Shown here: positions 20,201 through 28,078 of the stretch, piece by piece | How positions within the stretch are numbered: position 1 is the first letter of the stretch | Layout: the number at the start of each line of letters is the position of its first letter | IMG/VR virus record: IMGVR_UViG_3300017987_005478 | Span: 63,918-127,917 of that record | Strand: one strand, 5' to 3' | Source: a virus | Lineage: Duplodnaviria > Caudoviricetes | DNA: 64,000 nucleotides | Notes under the pieces: generated by a model | Seen by the model: only the letters and a program-made list of their open reading frames with translations | Databases searched by the model: none | Told to the model about the DNA's origin: nothing | Position numbers and translations under genes: made by a program

Positions 20201-21327
20201 TCCAAAACCTTGAATGAATTTTTCAAATCCTTTTTAAGATTCTTTTGGAAGTCAACTTGTCTTTTCTGAAAAAGGTGTTCTGGCGTCTTTTTATCGACAG
20301 CTTTAGATGGGTTACTTGTAGCAACAAAAACTTCGTCAGTTGATGAAACCGGTTCCTCTGGTTTTAACATTTCATCAGCATAGTTTTTGTCAACTGCAAT
20401 GAGAGCTTTACCTAAATTTTTTGGTGCAATTGCTCTTGCCATTGCTGTGGATTTTTGAGGATCACCATTCCCTTTTGTAAGGATAGCAGCAATTGCAACT
20501 CTTTTAATATCATCACTACTAGCCGCCTTCGACGCGATTTCATCCCGTTTTTTGGGTGAAACCTCCATGTAATCGGCTATCGCACCTCGAATCGCCGCCT
20601 TATTAGCAGGAGTAACCTGGTCACCAATTTCATCCATTACTTCTTTTGTTGTCTCACCAACTTCCATTTCTACTTCTGCCTCAACGTGACGGAGCTTAAT
20701 GGATTTGAGAATTTGATACACTCTTGTGAATTGAAATTCTCTGTCTTTGATAAGAAGTCTATGACGTGACCCATTCTCTCCAACTAAGGTCAAAATCATA
20801 TGATCAAAAGAAAATTCCATATCTTTGAGTTTTCTCAAAACGGGGAATATTTTACGATTAAGTAGAGACGGCATTTCCTTTGAGATATTAACAGAATACA
20901 TCAATACTTTTTGGTAATGAGGGGGATATCTATCAAATGCTCTTTGGAGCATATTCATTAAAAGAAAACCAGCTCTTTGTCTATAATTTGAGACTTTATA
21001 TGTAGTATCAATAGCGGACATATATTTTGTCACATCGTAGAAGATATTTTGTCCAATCGGGACTTTCTGGTTTTCATTATAGGCGTATAACCCGTATGTT
21101 CGATATAGCTTTTTTGTATCTGGAGCTAACCATGTCCTTGGAACCTTCGTTCTGGGTACAACAACATAACGAGCATCAATAGATCTAATTCCGAGATGTG
21201 GATAATCATCAACCAACAAAGAATTCTCAGAAAAATAGACAATGACAAATGGTTCTGCTGCCTTTTGCGGGAAACGTATCCCTTTGACTAGATGTGTGTA
21301 TTGTCGTAACCCTTTAAATTGAATCAT
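17236..21327 (-). CDS. rpoB: Phage multisubunit RNA polymerase beta subunit with long N-terminal extension
   Basis: GTFRVYG..INQL, DTPEGGNIG, NDGARVIM, GYNFEDS, GDKLTNRFGAKG, GRMNVGQ, KLEH, GGQRLGEMD. Confidence 0.95.
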   Translation of the reverse strand: MIQFKGLRQYTHLVKGIRFPQKAAEPFVIVYFSENSLLVDDYPHLGIRSIDARYVVVPRTKVPRTWLAPDTKKLYRTYGLYAYNENQKVPIGQNIFYDVTKYMSAIDTTYKVSNYRQRAGFLLMNMLQRAFDRYPPHYQKVLMYSVNISKEMPSLLNRKIFPVLRKLKDMEFSFDHMILTLVGENGSRHRLLIKDREFQFTRVYQILKSIKLRHVEAEVEMEVGETTKEVMDEIGDQVTPANKAAIRGAIADYMEVSPKKRDEIASKAASSDDIKRVAIAAILTKGNGDPQKSTAMARAIAPKNLGKALIAVDKNYADEMLKPEEPVSSTDEVFVATSNPSKAVDKKTPEHLFQKRQVDFQKNLKKDLKNSFKVLESKEQPLFVKKVEVIKKAHAKGELNKSDIETAQITLNDKDGKPHVVQIDIPKIDPNTGTFRVYGKKKCLINQLVLCPITFPAPYESRFESSYSKFRIHSKRTKRLKYLEAYFGSYKLPLSIISFYSFGFEQILKDYGLGYEITDTKPKKGEKFIFNIGQSYIRFTKVDTELKEEFCDSFGKAKVHTYDIKEKFGTKEYFDSLLVAMTGRVNTTWLINNMLENMVDPVAKQVLVNKQLPSNLKDIMYYMATKVIEGFVQDRNDLTNQRIRGSETIVHLVQKQVQAAHTDYREQRLAGNEDAEFKINQKKVLLDFNQLEIVQDMEYSNPIEEMSTMTRTSPVGKNVGGIPDKRAIQTNARSVHNSYFGNIDPLDTPEGGNIGIVQHLTVNAFVTSARGLFLPKEFSDKEGSGVLSTTTTLTPFVENNDGARVIMLSAQQKQVVPLKDPEPPVVQSGYESLLTNVLSENFVKKSPCAGKVTAVTGDNITIQCSKGGKQNISIIPVHLRSGSGKDTLSVFQSKVKVGQTVKTNQILAEGSCVADGSIALGRTLLVAVMPYKGYNFEDSIAISDRLVRDDTLTSLHGIFEEVLISEKDRLLFISQIGEKVEKGQPILRKTMGELEELLGIDEDEEGVDYAGGQMIKKSPGGTIVDIEVFSNTADDKFPELTKLIRRTRRIHGLSAKDKVTVRGTPIKGVLVRFKIEQELRIGIGDKLTNRFGAKGTIGLIEKEELMPRTPWGDRVDIVVNPIGIIGRMNVGQLLELYTGLISKELGNKVLKMKTKAQVLTLFRKVFPRLDGSPKQDFSGTFLTNFAKLSDAKFKAFMKQVQASGFVPVMVPPFKSPSHQNIYEVIKFLGLKTGYKLTLPEYNTKTKKPVPVGYMYINKLEHISEEKTHARSTGPVTGKTKQPTSGKRREGGQRLGEMDTYAFISYNCPTLLSELMGPLSDDHVTKNEIIADIVQKGNAEFRIAKGSPARDLLSSYMTALILSK

Positions 21328-24300
21328 TATTTCTTTTCCTCAACCAATGTTCCTGTAAGAACTTTCTCTAGAATGCTTGGTTCTACCTCTTCCTCGGAAA
21401 TTAAACCATTACGGATTGCCTCTCCAATATTTTCAAAAGCAAGACCTTGTAGGAAACCGCTAGAAAATACGACCTTTTTAATATTGACAAGAACAGGATC
21501 CCAAGTATTTCCTAATCTAGCTGGTATACTCAAGTTATTTTTATCTCGAATACAATTACTTAGCAAGCATTCCAAATGAACCATATCCATATCTGCTCCA
21601 ATTTCAGCATAAACACGGACAAGTTTCAAAATGAGATGGTCAACACTTTTGAATACTTCTTTGCCTGCAAGCAAACGTTCCACGTATAATGCTTGCTCTT
21701 TTAATTCCAAAGCTTCAAGAGGAATTTCTAAAATAACACTTCCGGGAATATAACGGCAATTAATTGACTTTTTCTTTATAAGCTCGAATTCTTGTTTTTT
21801 GATATCAACAGGATAGTCCAGAACCATATTGAACATTTTGTCTTCAAATTCGATTCTTGAGGATAGACCACTCAACCAAATACTATCCTCTTTTATTTCA
21901 ATATTTTTGCTTTCAGTATAATCCATTAGATCAATTAGTAATTCACAACCTTTTTTACAGACAAGAGATCCACCCTCTTGTACAATATATTTCTTAAGAG
22001 TGGACATATCTAAATCAGCAATTGGATCATTATTAATAATGTCTTGGAGCATATCCTTTTGTTTGATTGTGACAGCTCCGCCTGTGTGGAAGGTGCGCAT
22101 GATTAACTGTGTGCCCTTCTCACCAATGACCTGCGCGGCCAGTACTCCTACATATGGTGTCCGATGTCGTTGTAAGAGTCTACCATAGCAAGTAAGACAT
22201 AATTTTCTGCTACGACAATAGATTGGACTTCTTAATTGAATCACATCACCAGGCTTGAATTTCTCTGGGTCAAATTCTGTTACTTTACCTCTATAAATAT
22301 GAAATCGACCGCTCAATCTACTAATGATATCTTTTGTCAATTTTAATGAAACGGTTTTCTTTGTTCCACAGTCTCTGAGATGTGTATGGGCTTCTAAATT
22401 ATTCAATACAAATGCTAGTTTTCTGGACATATAACCTGTAGTCGCAGTATTGATAACTCGGTCAATAATTCCTTTTCTAGCTCCTGTTGAGGAGTTAAAA
22501 TACTCGGTTGGACTTAAACCATCTGCAAACGATGCGGAAATAACAGGGAGGATATTTCCTTCTGAGTCTGCAATGATACCTTTTGCAACCAGAATCTGCA
22601 TAGGCTGACCCCAACCTTTTGTTGATCCTGATTCTGTAAGATCGTATAAACCAGAATCTTCAAGCTTTTTCTTGACAATAGTATACATTTGTTCTAATAT
22701 CGCCATAGCCTCATCTGTATCTTTGCCTTTTAATTGTTTCTTTAGTTGGTAGACCTTTGCAGGTACTTCAAAATCATCCAGCGTAATACTCGACCCCATA
22801 ATTGTTGCAAATTTAAATCCGAGTTTCTCCATACGAGATATACTCTCTCTTGCAATCTCTCCCCCATATGTATCAACCATTTTGGAAATGATACTATTTG
22901 CAACCTTTTTTGTTGCTCTCTGATTCACAAACGGGTAATTCCTTGGAAGACAACTATTAAACAATGCTTTTCCCATGGTCGTATTAACACCACGAAATTT
23001 GACAGCGATATATGGGTCGGTTGCTTTTTCCAAATCTTCTGGAGAAACCTCTTTTGGAGAATTTTTTGGTTTAACATCTTTTGTGATTGAATATAATCCA
23101 ACCATCATTTCTTTAGACAAAGAAAATGTGATTGCAGTTGATGATGAACCGGATTCTGCTCTGAGCATTTTTGCCTTGGCTTCCTCTTGTGCTTCATCTG
23201 TTAATGGATGATATAACGCCATTGCATCACCATCAAAGTCTGCATTATGTCCGCCAACCTGCATTGTACACATTTGAATTGTATTGCCTGTAATCAAGAC
23301 AGGTTTATATGCTCGCACAGATTCAGCTTGTAATGCCGGGTCACGTTTAGCTAAAACAACTCTATCCATCATAGCTACTTCTGTAGCTTCATAAAATATC
23401 TTATACAGTGTGTCTGGTATTTTATCACCAGATTTAATTGCTTTTAATACTTTACGAACACTGTCCACAGATAGTTCAAGCTCGTTAAATGCTTTAATCT
23501 CATTAGATAACATTTCCTTATCAATTCGACCAGCATATAATAACTGGTGTAAAATAAACGGCTCAAACAGTCCCACAGCCATTCTAAACGGAACACCAAT
23601 TTCATTAACCTTGAGGTCAGGACCTGGTGTAATAACCGCTCTACCGCTAAAGTCTACACGTTTAGAAAGGAGTTGACTCCTAATAATACCTTGTTTTTTA
23701 GCAACCTTAGTATGAATATACTTATGGTGTTCAACAATTGCGGTTTGTAAAGAATAGTTTAAAATATCAAAAAGTGGACCAGAACCAGATGCACTTCTCA
23801 CTTGTAGAGCTTTTCTCATAATGTCCATATAGACATCATTCATGGTATCAATAGTCCATTGGTCATCTTCATCTTTATATGCTGGTCTATGCTCTGGTGG
23901 TATGACAGGCAATCTACTTAAAAAGAGTGTTCCTGTTTTATATGCATTTTGAATGACTTTATTTAGTTTTGTGCGGTCTGTTGTTTCTTCCCTGAATTTG
24001 ATTTTTGGAAACATTTTAATAAATGCTGCAATACCTGTTACACCATTTTCATCCTCTACTAGCGCGCCACTAGCATCTAGACTAAAATTCTTCTCTGTTG
24101 AAATAAACTTGACTATTTTACCATTGAGGCGTATCAGAATTTTTAATGCCTCCGGATGGATGATTTTCGCATGCAAATCAATATACGAAAATGTGCTTCT
24201 TCTTTCTTTATCTGTGATTCCGAAAATTGATTCAGAAAACAGACCACCAACATGGAACTCGCCTGCTCTAGTAAAATATTCAGTTGTTGTAACAGGTTTG

Positions 24301-24341
24301 AGTTTCTTCGTAAACTCATCCATATTCAGGAATCGAATCAT
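21327..24341 (-). CDS. rpoC: Phage multisubunit RNA polymerase beta' subunit
   Basis: GLFSESIFG, LPVIPPEHRP, KRVDFSGRAVI, catalytic NADFDGD, TATTGYMSRKL, DCGT/RSPIYC/CLTCYG zinc site, TQLIMRTFHTGG trigger loop. Confidence 0.96.
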   Translation of the reverse strand: MIRFLNMDEFTKKLKPVTTTEYFTRAGEFHVGGLFSESIFGITDKERRSTFSYIDLHAKIIHPEALKILIRLNGKIVKFISTEKNFSLDASGALVEDENGVTGIAAFIKMFPKIKFREETTDRTKLNKVIQNAYKTGTLFLSRLPVIPPEHRPAYKDEDDQWTIDTMNDVYMDIMRKALQVRSASGSGPLFDILNYSLQTAIVEHHKYIHTKVAKKQGIIRSQLLSKRVDFSGRAVITPGPDLKVNEIGVPFRMAVGLFEPFILHQLLYAGRIDKEMLSNEIKAFNELELSVDSVRKVLKAIKSGDKIPDTLYKIFYEATEVAMMDRVVLAKRDPALQAESVRAYKPVLITGNTIQMCTMQVGGHNADFDGDAMALYHPLTDEAQEEAKAKMLRAESGSSSTAITFSLSKEMMVGLYSITKDVKPKNSPKEVSPEDLEKATDPYIAVKFRGVNTTMGKALFNSCLPRNYPFVNQRATKKVANSIISKMVDTYGGEIARESISRMEKLGFKFATIMGSSITLDDFEVPAKVYQLKKQLKGKDTDEAMAILEQMYTIVKKKLEDSGLYDLTESGSTKGWGQPMQILVAKGIIADSEGNILPVISASFADGLSPTEYFNSSTGARKGIIDRVINTATTGYMSRKLAFVLNNLEAHTHLRDCGTKKTVSLKLTKDIISRLSGRFHIYRGKVTEFDPEKFKPGDVIQLRSPIYCRSRKLCLTCYGRLLQRHRTPYVGVLAAQVIGEKGTQLIMRTFHTGGAVTIKQKDMLQDIINNDPIADLDMSTLKKYIVQEGGSLVCKKGCELLIDLMDYTESKNIEIKEDSIWLSGLSSRIEFEDKMFNMVLDYPVDIKKQEFELIKKKSINCRYIPGSVILEIPLEALELKEQALYVERLLAGKEVFKSVDHLILKLVRVYAEIGADMDMVHLECLLSNCIRDKNNLSIPARLGNTWDPVLVNIKKVVFSSGFLQGLAFENIGEAIRNGLISEEEVEPSILEKVLTGTLVEEKK

Positions 24342-24781
24342 TATTTAAGACCTTTTAAATAACTAGACATAGCATTAAAATCTTTTGTGACGTTAGCTTT
24401 TCTTGCTGCTTCTGGAGCTGGGGTTGGTATACTCTTAACCAAACGAGCCTTGATACGTCTCAACTGCCCTAACGTGAGATCAATTTTATCGGCATCAATT
24501 TCAGGTTCATTTTTCAATCTCTGAGCGAGTTTCAATGAAAAGTCAACCATTTGTGGATCGGCAATCCCCGACACGTTACAAATTGGAAAAGGAATATCAC
24601 GACCAATAGGATTTGTCATATTGATAAAGCATTTTGGATGTTTTTCTTGTTGAGCCTTTCTCATATCTCGATCAAGATACCATTTGAGATCTGAGTGCAT
24701 ATCAAGAGGACTTATGAGTTTATAAGCCTTTCTGAGTAACTCGTCCAGGATTTGAAAGCTTTCTTCTAGCTTAGTTGTCAT
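24341..24781 (-). CDS. Hypothetical protein, first gene of RNAP operon
   Basis: 146-aa ORF whose stop overlaps the beta' start. Confidence 0.7.
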   Translation of the reverse strand: MTTKLEESFQILDELLRKAYKLISPLDMHSDLKWYLDRDMRKAQQEKHPKCFINMTNPIGRDIPFPICNVSGIADPQMVDFSLKLAQRLKNEPEIDADKIDLTLGQLRRIKARLVKSIPTPAPEAARKANVTKDFNAMSSYLKGLK

Positions 24782-24811
24782 AGCAATTTTCTCCCTGTAA
24801 ACGTAATGTAT

Positions 24812-24824
24812 TTATTATTTGTTC
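24812..24824 (-). promoter_or_regulatory. Putative phage promoter, class B (GAACAAATAATAA)
   Basis: Intergenic, upstream of RNAP operon; related motif upstream of many genes. Confidence 0.55.
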
Positions 24825-24847
24825 TAATCTCCGAACAAAAAATGACG

Positions 24848-24879
24848 GAAAACGTCCACCCCCTTTCGAGAGTGGACGT
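24848..24879 (-). terminator. Intrinsic terminator
   Basis: Minus strand ACGTCCACTCTC-GAAA-GGGGGTGGACGT followed by T run. Confidence 0.8.
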
Positions 24880-24883
24880 CCTT

Positions 24884-26329
24884 TCAGAAGTCAGCATCCA
24901 TCTGTCTAGCTATGTTTCTGATCTCGCTATCCAGTTTTCCAGCAAAGAAAAGAGAGTAAAATCTGATCATATCAAGCTCAACTTTTGACAATGGTATACC
25001 TGACAATTTTGAACCATCAACAACATGACAAAAGTTTATTCTGGATATTCTACCAACAAAATAACTCAAAATTTTATGAGGCAGAATTTTTGTATTGAAC
25101 CCAAAAAAGTTCTTTTGTTTATTGCTCACACTGATATACTCATGGACTTTCTTGACTGTGTAACTAGTTGCAATAGCAGGTTGTGACGTTGGGTAATATC
25201 CAAGAAGAGAAATCAAATGTTTATAATCTCCCCGAAAAATTCTCTTCAACAGACCCATTGTATAAACAGATAAAACTGCCGCATGTTCAGGCGACAAAGT
25301 TCTGAAATGTGTATAGGGTATTGCCGTAATTCTAGATAATATGGGAAACACAAAGCATTCACACAAAGGTGAAACATATTCAATTGTGCTTACCCGACTT
25401 TGAAAGGAGATAATGAGTTTGTCATCAGGCTCCTGATCGAAAGTCAAAATTGAAGCTCGTTCTAATTGTTCATATATTTGCTCGTATGCTATTCCCTTTA
25501 ACCTACCAAGTGTGTCATTGTACGAATATGTTTTTAGATTATTTATATTGAGTCCATGTATATCTTCGGTTGAAATTGAGTCGTCGTAAATAATTGACCC
25601 TTTGTAAACTGACCTCAAGAACCATTTAACACTTTCCTCAACCACACCAACAAAGTATGTAATAGGATTCTTGTCTTCTTCACAAAGAATCAGAATAGAG
25701 TTCATAATAAAGTTGAATATCTCGATAACGTGAACATCAATGGTTTTACATTGAATCATCTTAATGTAATCCCACATATATTTGTCCGTAATATTATACT
25801 TAAAGGTCTTCGTCTTGATAACATTGAAGATCTTAAATATGATATCTGTTTCCATAATTTCTTTTGCAATTTTATTATACACTTTTTTGTGTAATCTCTG
25901 ACTCAATTTTAAGTTATCCGAGTTGGAGAAAATTGCATAGACTTTGAGATATCCTGATAATCTTGTGATCATCTCAATTTCGTCAGCTGTAAATAAAATG
26001 GAATTCTTTTTAGCTTTACTTTCATCAACAAATTGGCTAAAATCAATTCCAGAATTGTCAACATAACTATCAACAAATTCCTTTAATTGTCTCACGTTTT
26101 TAAGAAGGGTTGGATATCTATGTTCTTTATTCTCCACATAATCACGAATTAAAGAAACAAACCATTTGTCAAATTCTTTTCCGCAAGAACCAGAAACCCT
26201 CTCAATAAAACTAGAAACAATATGAAATTTGTTTGTGATAGATGAAGAGGTTAAATTGAGTCGCAGAATCTCTTTATCTCCTAAAGAAACTAACCACTCT
26301 TTTGTAGTGCTTTTCTCAAACTTAATCAC
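24884..26329 (-). CDS. Hypothetical protein; candidate sigma-like RNAP specificity subunit
   Basis: 481 aa, directly upstream of RNAP operon; segment NPITYFVGVVEESVKWFLR loosely recalls sigma region 2. ORF is secure, function is inferred. Confidence 0.45.
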   Translation of the reverse strand: MIKFEKSTTKEWLVSLGDKEILRLNLTSSSITNKFHIVSSFIERVSGSCGKEFDKWFVSLIRDYVENKEHRYPTLLKNVRQLKEFVDSYVDNSGIDFSQFVDESKAKKNSILFTADEIEMITRLSGYLKVYAIFSNSDNLKLSQRLHKKVYNKIAKEIMETDIIFKIFNVIKTKTFKYNITDKYMWDYIKMIQCKTIDVHVIEIFNFIMNSILILCEEDKNPITYFVGVVEESVKWFLRSVYKGSIIYDDSISTEDIHGLNINNLKTYSYNDTLGRLKGIAYEQIYEQLERASILTFDQEPDDKLIISFQSRVSTIEYVSPLCECFVFPILSRITAIPYTHFRTLSPEHAAVLSVYTMGLLKRIFRGDYKHLISLLGYYPTSQPAIATSYTVKKVHEYISVSNKQKNFFGFNTKILPHKILSYFVGRISRINFCHVVDGSKLSGIPLSKVELDMIRFYSLFFAGKLDSEIRNIARQMDADF

Positions 26330-26372
26330 AAAATTCCTCCTTACAAAAAATCTTCATTAAAAGGTGGGATAC

Positions 26373-26612
26373 CCAAGCCGCATTAAGCGACTTGGACTAG
26401 GCGGAAATTTGGTAACCCAGCAACGTCCGGAAGTGTTGTGGCGGTTTGCGACAAAACCAAGCACTTGAACCATGTGATATGATTAGATACTTAACAGTAA
26501 CTTGACAGTTACCGCCCTGGTCGCATTGTTTTCACAGTTTACCGTTGCTGGGTTGCCAAAAACTTAGGGTAATATATAGGCGGATCTCAAATCCAGATTC
26601 TACCATATTACC
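26373..26612 (-). ncRNA. Candidate structured RNA downstream of DIP1984-like gene
   Basis: Hairpin 26568-26612; 17-bp inverted repeat 26409-26425/26543-26559; inner crossing helices; hairpin 26373-26395. Confidence 0.55.
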
Positions 26613-26621
26613 AGCATGTTG

Positions 26622-27254
26622 CTAGAGTTCTTCGGGGATTGGAGGGGTGAGCAATTCCGTGGTGGAATTGATGTCGAACAATATATCGTCGATCTGATTG
26701 ATCAAATCAGACCACTCATCTAACAGAGATCTTTTCTTTCTTTCATCGTAGAACTTCACGATTTCAGCGCCGTTTCCTGCAACTGAAGCAAGTGAATCAT
26801 CAACACACATTGCCTCAATTATCATCTCATACAGATGAGCGGCTCCGAATATTTTCTGAGTTTTTGTACCTCCTGATCGAGGTAATTGACAATTTGTTTT
26901 ACCCTCCTCCTGTTTAAAACGTTTTCGTTTTAGCGTTTTCCGAATGCCTAATAATGCTGCGACTCGGAAATGCTGTCCATTAACCGAAACCCAGGTAATC
27001 GAGTTTGTATAGTCGATGTCCGCGCGGATGTTAATAGCTTCCAACAAGAGGTCGAATCCCTCTTGAACCAATTCTAGAATTCGTTGTCGTTGGACCTCTT
27101 CACTCTCAAAGTAAGGTTCGACGGTTGAGAGCATGCTACTATATTTCTTCACATCCTCTACAATCTTCAACATTCTTTGATGTATCTTCCTCGTACGTCG
27201 CAGCGCAGAGGTCAAGGTCTTCGTTAGTTTCTTCTGGGCTTTAGCTCTAACCAT
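26622..27254 (-). CDS. DIP1984-family-like helical protein
   Basis: Pattern LTSALRR...AINIRADIDYTNSITWVSVNG...VAALL...IDDILFDINSTTEL resembles DIP1984-type LAEAL...INxTN...IQxxNxxTEL; recognised by eye. Confidence 0.6.
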   Translation of the reverse strand: MVRAKAQKKLTKTLTSALRRTRKIHQRMLKIVEDVKKYSSMLSTVEPYFESEEVQRQRILELVQEGFDLLLEAINIRADIDYTNSITWVSVNGQHFRVAALLGIRKTLKRKRFKQEEGKTNCQLPRSGGTKTQKIFGAAHLYEMIIEAMCVDDSLASVAGNGAEIVKFYDERKKRSLLDEWSDLINQIDDILFDINSTTELLTPPIPEEL

Positions 27255-27368
27255 TTGTGGTAGTCCTCCCTACTTTTCCTCCCATGTGGGTTATACGTTA
27301 ATAAAATCACACCATAGACAATATATCCTCCTTTCGATTTATTTTTGTCCTAGACCTTGATGGTTAAT

Positions 27369-27398
27369 AAAAAAATCAGACTTGACCACGAAGTCTGA
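27369..27398 (-). terminator. Intrinsic terminator ending a short transcript
   Basis: Minus strand TCAGACTT-CGTGGTC-AAGTCTGA followed by T7. Confidence 0.75.
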
Positions 27399-27465
27399 AC
27401 CTCCCCACATCTGTGCCACCCAGTGTAGACACAAATGTTAAACAATACTCCTTACCAATTCATAA

Positions 27466-27479
27466 AGTAATATATATAG
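27466..27479 (-). promoter_or_regulatory. Putative phage promoter, class A (CTATATATATTACT)
   Basis: Contains TATATTAC; lies just after a terminator, at the start of a new unit. Confidence 0.55.
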
Positions 27480-27514
27480 ACATTATTGTTATAAATGAAA
27501 CATACTGACAACGG

Positions 27515-27554
27515 AAAATAGTCGGTCCTTATACTTCTACAAGGACCGACTATT
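27515..27554 (-). terminator. Intrinsic terminator after amidase gene
   Basis: 14-bp perfect inverted repeat AATAGTCGGTCCTT/AAGGACCGACTATT. Confidence 0.85.
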
Positions 27555-27556
27555 AT

Positions 27557-28069
27557 TTATTTTATCACGAAACGTCTGACCATGGCTTCAATCACACCAC
27601 GATCTATAAACTCACCCGGACAATCCAGATCTTCATTATCTGAAACTTCTTTGTGAAGTTTAATTCTATTTGGAGCTATCTTTAAAAGCTTTAATAATGG
27701 ATTTAAAACTCTAAAAGCTAAAACTTCATAACATCTCTTCTCAGGCACTTTAAATGAATAAGAACCCATCAATGCCACGTGGACAGCAGCGTTATTAACG
27801 CTGGGAGAAATATCATCCCATTCACACATATAGACAAATGGTCTACAAACAATCGGCGCATAGTCTTCTCCAATTTTATCAATTATATAATGATAATTCA
27901 CATCACCTTGTTTTTTCTCAAGAACACCCTTGTAGATACCCGGCATCTGAAATTTCGGATTATCAATTCTCGACGCAGGCTGTTCGTATATTTCGGCCGT
28001 GTGGTGCAGAATAATCCATCTTGTTCTTCTCCTTATTTTAAGGAGACTGGGTCGTAAGGGTATTTTCAT
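27557..28069 (-). CDS. N-acetylmuramoyl-L-alanine amidase (Amidase_2 type)
   Basis: IILHHT, YHYII, LHKE, DCPG zinc-ligand motifs. Confidence 0.85.
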   Translation of the reverse strand: MKIPLRPSLLKIRRRTRWIILHHTAEIYEQPASRIDNPKFQMPGIYKGVLEKKQGDVNYHYIIDKIGEDYAPIVCRPFVYMCEWDDISPSVNNAAVHVALMGSYSFKVPEKRCYEVLAFRVLNPLLKLLKIAPNRIKLHKEVSDNEDLDCPGEFIDRGVIEAMVRRFVIK

Positions 28070-28078
28070 ATTCGTTTC

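Noticed and set aside
17236-24341. Bacterial chromosomal rpoBC locus
   Set aside because: Order is reversed, beta' is short and lacks the zinc-binding domain, no ribosomal protein neighbours, and phage structural genes are nearby
26373-26612. Retron msr-msd or tRNA
   Set aside because: The long closing inverted repeat looks retron-like, but there is no reverse transcriptase in the window; no cloverleaf or TTCGA T-loop seen
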